64,000 nt of DNA from Eledone cirrhosa (lineage: Eukaryota). The translations under genes and the position numbers were made by a program. The stretch lies in the NCBI GenBank assembly GCA_964016885.1, contig OZ024742.1:35154001-35218000 (forward strand), read 5' to 3'. The notes under the pieces were generated by a model. It made no database searches. It was not told where the DNA came from and saw nothing but the letters and a program-made list of their open reading frames with translations. This document shows, one piece after another, positions 1-12,256 of the stretch; position 1 is the stretch's first letter, and every line of letters begins with the position of its first letter.

Positions 1-1880
1 AACCCCTTGTCCCCCTAACTACAACTCTAGTCATGACATTAAAATGTCAATGAAAGTTAAAGCATGACTATAGTCATGGTCTGGGGGTACTTATTTCTAA
101 TGTAAAATACTCAATGATTGGATGAATTAGGAAACTATTTTTATTTTAAACCAATCAAGGAGTGTTTTATAAATAATTTTTTAATATAAGGGCATGTTGC
201 AATTAGTCGCTCTCTTTTTGAGAGAGAAAGAGATGTGTTAATAATTGTTTCTACGTTTGGCACAAGGCCAGCAATTACCCAGTGCATTACTGGTACTTTA
301 TTTTATCGACCCCGTAAGGATGAAAGGCAAAGTTAACCTCGGCGGGATTTGAACTCAGATTGGCAAGGGCTGTAACTCTATGCGTCAAAGCATGGCGTCA
401 GACTCTCTACCGATACTGCCAATCTATAATTTATATCAACAAAGGAATTAGTGGGTGAAACAAATTTTTTTCAAAGGCTTTACTGAAACTGATTTAGTTG
501 AAGCACAAAAGAAATAAGATTCTTTTATTGAAAATGAACAGAATTTATCAGACATTGATTTAATGTCAGAGTCTGGCTTTGATGATGATGATATATCGAT
601 GAATTCAAATGAAAATGAAGATGAAAACAAACACACGTTAGAGTGGAGTGATCAATTTTCTGAAGTCGATGTTGATGCATTCAGAGGAAATCCTGGACCG
701 GTAAATATTTTGGATATTGAGAAGAAAGAGCTAAATTTTTTTCTTTCAAATATTTAATAAGGATTTGTTTGATTAGCTTGCAATTGAAACAAATAAATAC
801 ACTGAGAAGGCCCTGATTGGAAATAGCAAGACACAACTACTTCGGAAATTGTGTTTTTTAAAAGATAATTTATTCCAGTCGGCAGGGATCAGGAGATTGA
901 TTACAAGGGACAGACTGGACAATCTGAACTAGTATTTCCATATTTCAGATGTCACCCAGAATCCAGCATGTGGCCACCCTGACCACGACCAACTTGCCCA
1001 TGTTTAGCCATTTATTGAAAGGATATATAGGAATTTGAAGTCACAGTACAGTCCACACTGAAATATCAATTGATGAGGGCATGGTTGCTTTCACTGGATG
1101 ACTTGGTGTCAAACAATATCTTTCGCTGAAGCCTACAAAGAGTGGAATAAAAGTGTGGGTACAGGCTGATCCATGCAACGGCTATGTAAACATCTTCCAA
1201 TGTTTACATGTCCCAAATCAAACAGGACAAGGATTTGGAGAAAGAGATGTGAAGAACCTCACAAAGGACATATGAGGGAAATATCACCACCTGTATTGTG
1301 ATAATGTTTTCTCCTCTGTCAAACTCTTTGAGGAGCTTTTAAAGATTTGGACCTATGCTTATGGCGTAATAAGAAAAAGTAGGAAAGACCTGCCAAAAGC
1401 TGTTAACTCAACAAAATTGAAGAAACAAGTTGACACAATACTGAGGCAAAAAGGGAAGCTAGTGGCAACAATCTGGCATGATAAGAAGACTTTGGCACTA
1501 CTAACCACAAATTCCAGTCCTTATTATTTTATAAGTGTCCAGCAAAAACAAAGGACCAGGAACACTGCATTGTGCCATGTTTAATGGCAGTAAAAGACTA
1601 CACGGGGCACATGAATGGAGTAGACCAAATAAACCAGTAGAGAGCCAACTACTGAATTGGAAGGAAGTTAAATAAATGATGGAAGTATTTGTTTTATTTT
1701 GTTGTTGATGTTTGTCATTTGTGTTAATGAAAGAATCCCCAAACCATAAACTCCTGTCTAGAAAAAGCAAAGAAAAAATATGTACCCAGTTGAGTTTTAG
1801 AATGAACCTAGCCCATCGACATATTGGGAACTATTCCTATAAAAGGAAAATGCCCCTGGAATAAATTCCCCCAGTTTAGG
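1..1880 (+). pseudogene. Degenerate piggyBac (PGBD4-like) transposase/transposon relic
   Basis: Hand translation gives IDEGMVAFTG*LGVKQYLSLKPTKSGIKVW (about 1069-1160), HLYCDNVFSSVKLFEEL (about 1290-1340), WHDKK and DYTGHMNGVDQ (about 1595-1630), the piggyBac DDD catalytic motifs, with stops and frameshifts. Acidic N-terminus in ORF 563-757. The window starts with AACCCC, possibly TTAA-CCC of the terminus. Interrupted by a SINE. Confidence 0.85.
241..425 (-). mobile_element. tRNA-derived SINE, family A
   Basis: Minus strand has an A-box-like GGCAGTATCGGTAG, a B-box GAGTTCAAATCCC, the central GCCTTTCATCCTTACGGGGTCGATAAAATAAAGTACCAG (Nin/Deu-like by recall) and an (ATT)-type tail. About a dozen copies occur in the window. 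Confidence 0.85.
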
Positions 1881-1903
1881 GTGTACATGTGTATATGCAG
1901 TTA

Positions 1904-2235
1904 TTAGATGCAAAATTTTTGGAATGATTTACATAGTTTTACTGTTCCATTAATGGATTGTACTTGTAATTTCCTAACTAGTTGTGTTCTTTCTGTTCCT
2001 GTGAAGCCCAGCTTCTCAAGATTTGTATTGAGGCAGTTACTAACATACCCCAGTGCCCCAATAATCACAGGCATAAATCTGAAGGTGTAATCATGGTGGA
2101 GTATCTGCAGATTTCTCATCAGTTCTGCATAAATATTTTCCTTTTCACTAATCTTTGATATTATATTGGCGGCATCTGCTGGGCAGCTAATTTCCACTAC
2201 TGTGCATGCTTTCTTCTCCCTGTCCCATATCATAA
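1904..2235 (-). mobile_element. 3' fragment of an RLE-type (R2/R4/NeSL group) non-LTR retrotransposon
   Basis: ORF IWDREKKACTVVEISCP...KENIYAEL...PVIIGALG matches the C-terminal restriction-like endonuclease region. It is 5'-truncated at a (CA)n tract. Confidence 0.75.
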
Positions 2236-2239
2236 TGTA

Positions 2240-2276
<37 letters not shown>

Positions 2277-2277
<1 letters not shown>

Positions 2278-2680
2278 AAGGCGCATGGCTTAGTGGTTAG
2301 AGCAGTAGGCTTACAATCGAAAGGTTGTGAGTTCAATTCTCAGACCAGGTGATGTGTTGTTTCCTTGAGCAAGTCACTTTATTTCACATTGCTCCAGTTT
2401 ACTCAGCTGAAAATGAGTAGCAGCAATAGCTGGAGGTTTAACCCTGCGATGGACTGGTGTCCTGTCCAGGGGGGAGTCTTGTACTCTCAGTCGCTTCACG
2501 TCATGAAACCGGGATAAGCACCAGCCAAATGAGCCTTCTGGCTTAAGACAGACTTTAGACTTACGGCCTGCTCGCCCAGCCAGTGGGATGGCGTCCTTGT
2601 ATGGCTAAAACAGCACGTGCTGTGACCAGCGGCGCCGAATGGCGCCCAACACACTGATCGGTTAAGGTGATCAAGGTGAT
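2277..2680 (+). mobile_element. tRNA-derived SINE (CORE/Meta-like middle) followed by an RTE-type tail
   Basis: A-box TGGCTTAGTGG, B-box GAGTTCAATTC and CCTTGAGCAAGTCACTTT core. It ends GGTTAAGGTGATCAAGGTGA, which matches the RTE 3' end at 43876-43900 (minus). Confidence 0.7.
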
Positions 2681-4916
2681 ATATATATATAGAAATAAAT
2701 TTCAAAGCATATTACTTGATGCTTTCGGCAGTAAGGAAGAGCAATTAGAGTCGTACAAGGTAGAGGAACAGTGGGAATTCCTGAAAGCAAACCTGCTGAT
2801 GGCGGCAGACGAAGTCTGTGGCTGGAGCAGGCCTGTAGGCAGGAGGAGAGTAACATGGTGGTGGAACAGTAAGGTGGAGGGGTCAATCAAGGCCAAAAAG
2901 CAGGCTTGGAAAGCATGGCGGGATGGGGGAAGTAGAGAAGACTATCAAGTGGCCAGGAGGGAAGCTAGGAGACAAGTGTACTTCGCAAGAAGGGAAGCAG
3001 AGGAAAGAAAGTTCAAGCATGTTCTACAACGCGAGGACCAAAAACGTGAGGTGTTCAGGATTGCTAGGCAATGTGTCAAGGAAAACCGTGATATTGTCGG
3101 GGAGAAGTGTGTACTTAACGATGATGGCGTACTTGCCATCACTGACGCTGATAAGAAGGTAGCTTGGAAGTGTCACTACGAAAGGCTACTAAATGAGGAG
3201 AATAAATGGGAGAAAGACAGTCTCCCCCACATCGATCCAATAGAGGGACCAGCAGTGTTAGTCGAAGGTAGTATAATAAGTAAGGCAATCAAAGATATGA
3301 AGACGGGTAAGGCGGCTGGGCCTTCGGAAATAGTTGCTGAGATGCTGAAAGCCTCCGGTACGGTGGGACACACCATAGTCACCCGGATAGTAAACCAAGT
3401 CATACAGAATGGGGTTGTTCCGAAGGACTGGCGTAGCAGCATCATCGTTAACTGTTACAAGGGTAAAGGAGATGCCCTAGATAGGAGTAACTATAGAGGC
3501 ATTAAATTAATCGACCAGGTCATGAAGGTCACGGAAAAAGTAATAGCGCAACTAATCAGAGAGAGAATTGATCTAGATGAAATGCAGTTCGGGTTTGTGT
3601 CAGGCAAAAGTACCACAAACGCTCTTTTCATTGTACGACAACTACAGGAGAAATACCTAGCTAAAAGTAAACCCCTATACTTAGCTTTTGTCGACTTGGA
3701 GAAAGCCTTCGACAGAGTCCCCCGTTCCATTATCTGGTGGGCTCTTAGAAAACTAGGTGTTGACGAATGGCTTGTGAGAGCCATACAAGCCATGTATAAA
3801 GAAACAGTCAGCAAGGTTAGAATTAACAACGAATATAGTGAAGAGTTTAGCGTAAAAGTTGGTGTCCATCAGGGCTCTGTTCTTAGCCCCCTACTATTTA
3901 TTATTGCCCTTCAGGCTATAACAGAGGCGTTCAAGACCGGCTGCCTATGGGAACTCCTATACGCAGATGATCTAACGCTCATAGCTGAATCAATGGCCGA
4001 GCTACAGAAGAAATTCCAAACATGGAAGCATGGCCTAGAATCAAAAGGCCTTAAAATTAACCTGGCTAAGACTAAAGTTCTAGTTTGTAGGAAAGAAAAT
4101 AAGGCGCCGGTCCCCTCCGGGAAATGGCCATGCTCAGTGTGTAGGAAAGGCGTAGGTAGAAACTCCATTTTATGTCCCAAATGCAAAGTATGGGTGCATA
4201 AAAGATGTAGTGGGATCACAGGTAAGCTAACTAAGAACACAGATTTTACATGTGGCCGGTGCTCTGGTGCAATAAGTAGCAGCAAGTGCCCACAAAATAC
4301 TAACTCTTTCAATTGCGCAGAGGGTTCTATAGAAATAGTGGACAGCTTCCGTTACCTGGGTGACAAAATCAGCAGTGGGGGAGGGTGCTCTGAAAGTACA
4401 GTAGCTAGAGTCAGAACTGGATGGAAAAAGTTCAGAGAGCTTATACCACTATTAGCCGCTAAAGGGTTCTCCCTAAAAATGAAAGGCAGGTTGTATGATG
4501 CCTGCATACGAACAGCAATGTTGCATGGCAGTGAGACCTGGGCATTGTGTGCAGAGGATATACACAGACTAGAGAGGAACGAAGCTTGCATGCTCCGCTG
4601 GATGTGTAATAGTAATATATGTAAACGGCAAAGCATAAACGAACTAAGGAAAAAATTAGAAATAAGAGGGATCAGATGTTGTTTACTCGAGAGAAGGCTA
4701 CGTTGGTATGGTCACGTGATGCGCATGAAAGACGACAGCTGTATAACAAAGTGCAGGGCAATAAAGGTAGATGGTAGCCACGGAGTAGGCAGACCCAGGA
4801 AAACCTGGGACGAGCTGATAAATTCCGACCGCACACACTTGCACCTCTCCAAGACAATGTCACTGGACCGAGACCTTTGGCGGTACTCAGTAACAGAGAA
4901 GACCCACCTTACCTAA
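2667..4916 (+). CDS. RTE LINE ORF (RT with inserted PHD finger), N-terminally truncated; the first ~8 codons are flank
   Basis: RT motifs [37 protein letters not shown] and FRYLG; C-terminal RLRWYGHV and GRPRKTW; C4HC3 finger at 4131-4262. No endonuclease domain. Confidence 0.9.
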   Translation: MIKVIYIYRNKFQSILLDAFGSKEEQLESYKVEEQWEFLKANLLMAADEVCGWSRPVGRRRVTWWWNSKVEGSIKAKKQAWKAWRDGGSREDYQVARREARRQVYFARREAEERKFKHVLQREDQKREVFRIARQCVKENRDIVGEKCVLNDDGVLAITDADKKVAWKCHYERLLNEENKWEKDSLPHIDPIEGPAVLVEGSIISKAIKDMKTGKAAGPSEIVAEMLKASGTVGHTIVTRIVNQVIQNGVVPKDWRSSIIVNCYKGKGDALDRSNYRGIKLIDQVMKVTEKVIAQLIRERIDLDEMQFGFVSGKSTTNALFIVRQLQEKYLAKSKPLYLAFVDLEKAFDRVPRSIIWWALRKLGVDEWLVRAIQAMYKETVSKVRINNEYSEEFSVKVGVHQGSVLSPLLFIIALQAITEAFKTGCLWELLYADDLTLIAESMAELQKKFQTWKHGLESKGLKINLAKTKVLVCRKENKAPVPSGKWPCSVCRKGVGRNSILCPKCKVWVHKRCSGITGKLTKNTDFTCGRCSGAISSSKCPQNTNSFNCAEGSIEIVDSFRYLGDKISSGGGCSESTVARVRTGWKKFRELIPLLAAKGFSLKMKGRLYDACIRTAMLHGSETWALCAEDIHRLERNEACMLRWMCNSNICKRQSINELRKKLEIRGIRCCLLERRLRWYGHVMRMKDDSCITKCRAIKVDGSHGVGRPRKTWDELINSDRTHLHLSKTMSLDRDLWRYSVTEKTHLT

Positions 4917-5399
4917 ATACAAAGTAAAACCTACTAGTCAGTAGGCATCTCTAACAAAATACACCCCTGTCCCACCCCATCCACACCGCCCCCTTCAATG
5001 CAAAGTTATGTTGGTGCCACAACATCCAGGCCGAAACAAACGAGATCGTGTAGGTGTCACGACAAAAAACACACAGTCCACGCTGTAATGTGGCCGTGTA
5101 GGCAACACAGTAAAAACCTTCCAGTCCCACACTGTAAATGTGGTTGGTGTTAGGAAGGGCATCCAGCTGTAGAAAACACGCCAGACAGTCCACGCTGTAA
5201 TGTGGCCGTGTAGGCAACGCGGTAAAAACCTCCCAGCCCCACACTGTAAATGTGGTTGGTGTTAGGAAGGGCATCCAGCTGTAGAAAACCCGCCAGACAG
5301 TCCTATGCGAGCAAGACAACCACTCTTGCCTCAAGTGGGAAAACCCCCGTCCAAACCCATGCAAGCGTGGAACAGGGACGTTAAACGATGATGATGATA
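2692..5399 (+). mobile_element. 5'-truncated RTE-clade LINE, subfamily A
   Basis: Uninterrupted RT ORF, a 3' UTR with an internal duplication of about 115 nt, and a (GAT)n tail at about 5388-5399. The 5' junction abuts (TA)n. Confidence 0.95.
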
Positions 5400-5599
5400 G
5401 CATAGTACCTGTCAAAATTAATGGAGTGTAGTTAAAAATAAATATTTGATTTAATAATTCCTGATTACATTTTATGTAAAGATGCTTGAATTTTTGAATT
5501 TTCCTTGACTTTCTAAATTTCACTTTATCTTCTACTTCTTGTAGTAATAGCAGCAATAGTGATTGAAGTAGTAGTAGTAATTGTCGTTGTTGCTGTTTG

Positions 5600-5797
5600 A
5601 CCTACTCGGTACCTGAAGAGTAGGTTTATGCTGACCAACAAAGTTGGTGAGTACTGGGCAGATGGATCGGTTAAACTGCTCAGGGTCTGGTTTTGTCCAG
5701 ACCTCCAAATAGACAAAAACTGGGATGAGGTAACAAGCAGGGCGGTCACTCTCACCTAGAAATGGGCTGAGGGGAAGTTACCCTTGAAAGACCGAGC
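5600..5797 (+). mobile_element. Tx1/L1-clade LINE ORF2 fragment
   Basis: Translation VKLLRVWFCPDLQIDKNWDEV...KWAEGKLPLKDRA resembles the L1/Tx1 post-RT pattern KxLGvwf...NW...W...LSLkGR. Confidence 0.6.
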
Positions 5798-6325
5798 AGT
5801 AGTAGTAGTAGTAGTAGTAGTCGTAGTAAGGGTCAAATTTGACATCATCGTAGTAGTATTAGTAAGATTGTTTTTTTGTGTTTTTTTGTTTTTTTTTGTT
5901 TTTTTTTTACTTTCTTCATAACATAACCAGTTCCGAGACACAATTGACTATCACAAGAATGTTGCCATATGATCATGTGCTTTACTATAATGATATCTAC
6001 TTCAAGAATAATGAGACAAACACAAAGATGCTCTAACATGGTATTATTAGTTTCATACTTGTTGGAAAAGAAAATATATAAATGTTTCTGCAAACAAGAA
6101 GTGGCGTGGTAAAATATATCCCTACCTTACTTCAGTTAGCACACTGAACCACCCACTGACACTATCTTCTTGGCATACACAACATTTGGTGTGCTATATT
6201 CTGGAGATGACATCAACTAACTTCTATGGTATTACATATGAGTGAAGGATTTTCCAAAGAGAGGGTGGGTGATGCTTTTAAACTCTTTACTGAAACCGAT
6301 AAAGCTGACAGCTCGGGTGACTGGG

Positions 6326-6363
<38 letters not shown>

Positions 6364-6712
6364 CAGTGTAACCCCCCCCCCCCCCCCCCCCCCCGGCATC
6401 CGCGGCCCTGTTTATTCGCGAGACTAGTACCTAACCTAATTGTTTGTGGAAACCACCACATATTCGCGGAATTGTAAATATCTTCCGCGATTTTTTATGG
6501 CTTTTTTTGTGGCAATATATATTTTTCCAATGCTAAACTATTAATAACAATATACGTATTTGCCGGCCTTTTAGATGCCCCTTCACATCTTTTTTTTATT
6601 ATATTTTGACGTTTATAGGCATTTTCGTGGATCTCTTCCAATATTTGCGGTTTTTCACTCTTCACAGGTGCTCTAGGAACATAACCCTGTGAATACGGGG
6701 CGGGGGGCTCTG
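6364..6712. mobile_element. Tc1/mariner-superfamily (Tigger/pogo-like) MITE
   Basis: TA-CAG...CTG-TA ends with ATTCGCG subterminal motifs; a reverse-oriented relative lies at 38968-39250. Confidence 0.65.
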
Positions 6713-7150
6713 TATGTGTGTATATATATATATAATATATATATATAAACATCATTTAATGTTTGTTCTCCCTGCTATCAAGATATATATACTGACCTAT
6801 CTACTCACAGAACCTGACAACCCCTCCAACCCATGCCAGCATGGAATTCAGATGTAAAACGATGATGACAATGGTAGTGTTTAAATGTGTGTGTATGTGT
6901 GTAGCATCATCATGATCATTTTATGTCTACTAAAAATATGTGTGTGTGTCTGTGTGTCACTGGACTAATCTCTTCATTGGATCTATTACATTGTAAAGGC
7001 TAAGGGTATTAAGTTTATCTGCTTTCTCATTAATTGTATACTTATTGTTGTTGTTGTTACTACTGCTTATAAAATGTTGTTGTTAAAGATTAGCATGTTA
7101 CTATTGTTATTGTATTTGTTACAAAGTTTTGTTTAGTATGTTGCTGTTAA

Positions 7151-7298
7151 CCTCTTTCATACCAAACTGCTTCAAAGTGACAAGCTTGATAATGAGAATG
7201 TTAGTTATATTACACAATCTCTTAAATTCTTTATTATTTTCAAAATGATTTGTATATCACAGGTAATGTCTTTTGTTAGAAATATAGTAATGAAAGGG
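7151..7298. mobile_element. piggyBac-type MITE
   Basis: TTAA-CCTCTTTCAT...ATGAAAGGG-TTAA; shares its right TTAA with the next MITE. Confidence 0.6.
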
Positions 7299-7302
7299 TT
7301 AA

Positions 7303-7510
7303 CCCTTTAGCATTTACATTACTCTATATTTACTATTGTATTTTGTGGTAAAGACTTTATGTTACATAATTATCTCATAATATTGAATCTACAAGATTTT
7401 GATGTTATTTATTTTGAGAACAATACCTTAACATCAGCATGAGCAACCGGTTTGAACAGAAAGAGGTGAGAGAATTCTGGCCGGATATTACCAGTTTAAA
7501 TGCTAAAGAG
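7303..7510. mobile_element. piggyBac-type MITE family (about 210 bp)
   Basis: TTAA target sites and TIR CCCTTTAGCATTTA / TAAATGCTAAAG(A/G)G. Further copies at 25982-26189, 26346-26886, 48716-48926 and 49154-49361. Confidence 0.85.
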
Positions 7511-8032
7511 TTAAAGTGTTTTATGTTTACCTAAAAGCCATCATCATAATGTTATTGTGGCACTAGTGTGATGCTGCTAAGAATATGTTGTAAGCATTCA
7601 GACTAGGTCCTTGGATTGGGAAAAAATTCTTGCTTCTCAACATCTTGTCATAAAATTATGGCAGAAGATTTTAGTTTAAATATGAACCCTTTAAAATAGT
7701 TGTTTTGTTTCATTGAATCAGAGCTAGTTTTGACAAGGTTGGTATTAATGCTTGCTAACCTTTCTCACACTGTGTTGCTTCCTGCTGTAGCTAACCATGT
7801 TCTATCATATCACCTAAGATCTAATCTTTTTTACTATGCTTATTATATCTAATTTTTGAATCGCTACCTCTAGTAGGTGGAATTTGAGGTTGTGCCACTC
7901 ATTTTCAGTCATGGATCCAATCAGTTCTAGAGTGTCAAAGACATCAAATCACTTCCTCAATTCTAGTTGGAAGTGTGTGGTTGTGTTGCTACATTTCAGC
8001 TTTTCAATATCATACATTAGGAACATCTTAGA

Positions 8033-8450
8033 TCAATAGTTTCCAAACGTTTTTTACTCAAGTTTAGAAGTTTTTTACGCACTTTAGAAGAAGTAGAAAT
8101 ATTTTAGTGCAATTCAAGAAGTTATTCAAAAGAGGTTAGCATAGCATAAAGTAGAAATGTATATAATTAAAAATACAGAAAAATTATTTGTACTTCCTTC
8201 TTTAGTGAATGAATAGATCAAAGTTATGTATGAGAAACTTGCACTTGTTTTTTGTTTTTTTAGGGGGTGGGTAATATCTTCATTCTTAGTTTAGTTGTTA
8301 CCTACTTTGACAGTTATATATATGAACTTTGTTATATATTTCAATTTGTATATTTCACATTTTGAAATATAATCTTGCTCATTCAAAACACACCTAATTA
8401 TAACTCATGTCACACCAGTGCAGCAGAGCACACATGGTTTGGGAACCAAT
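8033..8450. mobile_element. hAT (Charlie-like) MITE relic
   Basis: Degenerate TIRs CAATAGTTTCCAAAC / GTTTGGGAACCAATG resemble the CAGTGGTTCCCAAAC consensus. Confidence 0.55.
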
Positions 8451-9299
8451 GTCTGAGATGGTTTGATTGCCTTTAAACACATGCGTTGTTGAACTTCCTT
8501 CCAATTCATCTACCAGGCTCCATGGCGCCACTGCTAAAAGGAAGGTCATGTGTGCTGCCCTTCAAACCTCTGACTAAATCCAATAAGAAATACAATTGTT
8601 ACAAGCTCACTAGTGATGTGTCATGGAGGACTCAACTCTCTCACTCATGGACAGACTGAAGGAGGTGACATTAAATAAGTATGGTTATAGATGCCATGGC
8701 AACTCATCAAAGACAGCCAGCTTCCTGTTCCGACCCAAGAAACCAAAGAATGGTTGTAGGTTGAACTGAAAGATCCCTCTGAGAGCAATTATTCTTTGTT
8801 TCCTGTGTCAAGCATAGCATTGTTCTTTGCCATTGAAACATTACACATACATACAGACATCTACTGACACAGATACATACATATGTAAACACATGTACAT
8901 ACACATTCACAAACCTGCATACACACACACTCATATATGATGCATGTATATACTAAATTTCATTCAACAACGTATGCATTCACTCACACATACACATACA
9001 TATAAACCTACAAATATGTATCCACACATACACAGAGGTGTTTGTGTGTATACTTGTGATGTGTTGAAATGAATAATATTTTTTTATAAAAGTTGTTTAT
9101 ATTTTCAGATGTTTTTAGATTAATTTTTATTGTGTGCATGTGTCTGAGTATTGGTAGCTTTATTATTTTTAGTAAGGACATAGAAACACTTACCATAACT
9201 GAATTTTGTTGAACATGGCAATATATATGTGTGGGTGTTTTTGTTTATATACATATGTGTGTATGTGTATGTATGTATGTGTGTGTGTGTGTGTGTATG

Positions 9300-9340
<41 letters not shown>

Positions 9341-9614
9341 GAAAATGAGGGAAATTCTTTGGTAGAGTAAGATATATTTGAAAAAAGAGAAATATGACTT
9401 CACTGATGGTTGGTGTTCTTTAATAAATCAAATCTTTACAGTTGGTCATTATTCATATTAGTTCTGGTAAGTCCTTGTTAACTGTCTGGGTAATTTTCTC
9501 ACATTCAGTGGCGGTCTATTGTGGTATGTTGATGTATATATATTTATATTTATGTGTGTGTGTGTGTGAACATGGATGTATGTATATGTATGGGTATGTG
9601 TATATATATATATA

Positions 9615-9955
9615 TGGAGGTACATGGCTTAGTGGTTAGAGCATTGGGCTTGTAATCGAAAGGTTGTGAGTTCAATTCTCAGACGGGGTGATGTGTTGTT
9701 TCCTTGAGCAAGACACTTTATTTCACATTGCTCCAGTTCACTCAGCTGTAGAAATGAGATGATAGGGACTGGGGTCCATATCATTTCACTGCAAAGTGGT
9801 CGTGGAGGTGCCACGGCAAAAAAGCACCCAGCACTCACTGTAAATGAGGTTGGTGTTAGGAAGGGCATCCAGCTGTAGAAATCAAGTCAGAATCAGTTCC
9901 CGTCCCACCCTTGCAACCAGGGAAAAAGCGGGCGTAAAATGATGATGATGATGAT
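9615..9955 (+). mobile_element. tRNA-derived SINE, family B, with RTE-derived 3' half
   Basis: GGAGG(C/T)ACATGGCTTAGTGG head, B-box, CORE/Meta-like middle, 3' part matching LINE 62810-62960 and a (GAT)n tail. Other copies: 14736-14950, 23561-23835, 36585-36917, 37428-37770, 52691-53020, 59470-59630, and minus-strand 23221-23325 and 42735-42870. Confidence 0.9.
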
Positions 9956-10842
9956 GTGTGTGTATGCTTTTCATGACACTCACTTCTCATTTTATACATA
10001 CACCCCTAGCGTCCCAATACCACCGGCATTTTACTGTTTTTTCAACAATAACATATTGTTATCTCACTAATTTTATTCCTCACCAAAGGTCTTTTGTCAC
10101 ATGTAACCCTATCTGACCACCACAATAAGGTGCCATCACTTAACCACTCTTTGTTTCTCATTTGTAAAATACACCCACTGTCACCAACATGTTATTGCTT
10201 TCCCAACAATCTCATTTTTTTTCTTCACCAATGGTCATTTAGGCCACCCAACCTTATTTGACCACCACAACAAGTCATCCAAAGTCATCCTTGTACAATC
10301 ACCTTTCTATCATTAAAAAATTACACAATTTACACTTCTTCATTTGTACATTTCCACTTTACTCCCCAACCCCCTCTCTATATATATGTATATGTACATC
10401 GTCAACATACCTCAATAGACCTGTTTGACTATCAACGCTGAATGTGAAAAAGTTCCCCAGAAAGTTAAGGACTTAAAGCTCTCCACTGAGCTTAACAATG
10501 GCTTACCAGAACTAATATCACTAGTGACTTACTGTAAAGATTTGAACCATTAAAGAGCACCAACCACCAGTGAAGTCATTCTTCTCTTTTTCAAATATAT
10601 GTATATATATAGACCACTGCCACCACTAAAGAAGCACCCAGCCCACACTGCAAAGTGGTTGTGTAGGTGTCATGACAAAAAGCACTCAATACACACTGTA
10701 AATGTGGTTGGCATTAGGAAGAGCATCCAGCTGTAGAAACCAAGCCAAAATCAATTCTGTATGAGCATTTCTCACAACAGGACAACTCATCTAGCCTATG
10801 CTAGCATGGAAACATTGACGTTAAATGTTGATGATGATATAT

Positions 10843-11564
10843 ATATAAGTATGTATACGTACATACATATATGTATACAGACATACAGTAGTATGTATAT
10901 ATATATATACATACATGCACACATATATATATGTACGTATGGATTCACCGAACATTTATTATAATGCTCGGTGTGTTTGTAAACAAACATCCCGAATTAA
11001 GCCATACAGTGTCTAGCAACCATCGTTGCTCATTTGTTCAACACTGACAAAGGAACGCTGTACTAGTTTCAAGCTTATTAGCTATCGTCAGCAACGTATA
11101 CCTTCCTGCCAGATGATTGAACGTCTGAAAGTATATACTTTCCTTATGCATATTAACGGATGAGCAGCCTAATTTGCATATCGAGTGAGTTAATCGGCCG
11201 GGGTACCGAAAACGATAAACGGAAAAAATGAAACGAAATTTCATTTCTCACTCTTATTGTTGACGATAGCTAATAAGCTTGAAACTAGTACAGCGTTCCT
11301 TTGTCAGTGTTGAACAAATGAGCAACAATGGTTGCTAGACACTGTATGGCTTAATTCGAGATGTTTGTTTACAAACACACCGAGCATTATAATAAATGTT
11401 CGGTGAATCCATACGTACATATATATATGTGTGCATGTATGTATATATATATACATACTACTGTACGTCTGTATACATATATGTATGTACGTATACATAC
11501 TTATATTTAAGTAACAGCCATACTAAGAGTGGGAAATGAAATTTCGTTTCATTTTTTCCGTTTA
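10843..11564. mobile_element. Penelope-like inverted-repeat element with hammerhead
   Basis: Near-perfect inverted arms of about 250 bp (10843-11094 / 11257-11506), interlocked with a second 40-bp inverted pair (11217-11256 / 11525-11564); (TA)n flanks. Confidence 0.7.
11056..11096 (-). ncRNA. Minimal type I hammerhead ribozyme
   Basis: Minus strand reads CGUUG-CUGACGA-U AGCU aaua AGCU U-GAAA-CUAG-UA^CAGCG: stem I CGUUG/CAGCG, palindromic stem III ACUAGU and a GUA cleavage triplet. Confidence 0.85.
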
Positions 11565-12256
11565 TATATATATATGACTGTTTTTAGTAAAAAATATTTT
11601 GTTTCATAATTCCTTGATTACATTCTATGTAAAGATGTTTGAATATTCCCTTGAATCCTTATCAAATATGACGTTGTTCTGTCTCTGTATCTACCTATCC
11701 TCATGCTGCTATTACCATTAAAGCTTTGTTGTGTTCTTCTTGCCAAAAGATAGATACATTTGTAAATATACACAAATAATTAACTATAGATTGACAGAGA
11801 GCAGGCAGATAGAGAGGAATGTAGGTAAATAGACAGAGAGGTAGGTAAGTATGTAGATATACAGAAATGTGGGAACATAGATAGATAAACAAGTAGGTAG
11901 CTAGGCAGGCAGGCAAATAGATAGAAAAAAAGGCAGACAGATAGCTTGACAAAGACACAGATATAGACTGATAGGTAAGTAGATAGATAGATAGACAAAT
12001 AAATGTTTTTATATTTACTCCATCTTGTCTTTTTGTCAAAATGGTGAGATGAAGTAAATAGAACAAGATCAGAACAAGGAGACACAGGGGAACAAGAATA
12101 GTCAGTGAGAAGGTCACAGGGTGTGTAACAAACGTGTGTTGATAATTAATAATTAAACAACAACCCCATTAGTAAATTAACTAATGAGTGCATCAGCCGC
12201 TCAACGAATAATAAACTGAATAAAAACTCAACTCGCTCTTGTGTTTTTATTGGCAT

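Noticed and set aside
3176-4863. Antisense ORFs over the RTE copies (also 30717-32396 and 61528-62643)
   Set aside because: Shadow frames of the LINE ORF.
9615-9690. tRNA-like sequences at SINE heads
   Set aside because: A and B boxes are present, but they continue into SINE body and tail in many copies; not tRNA genes.
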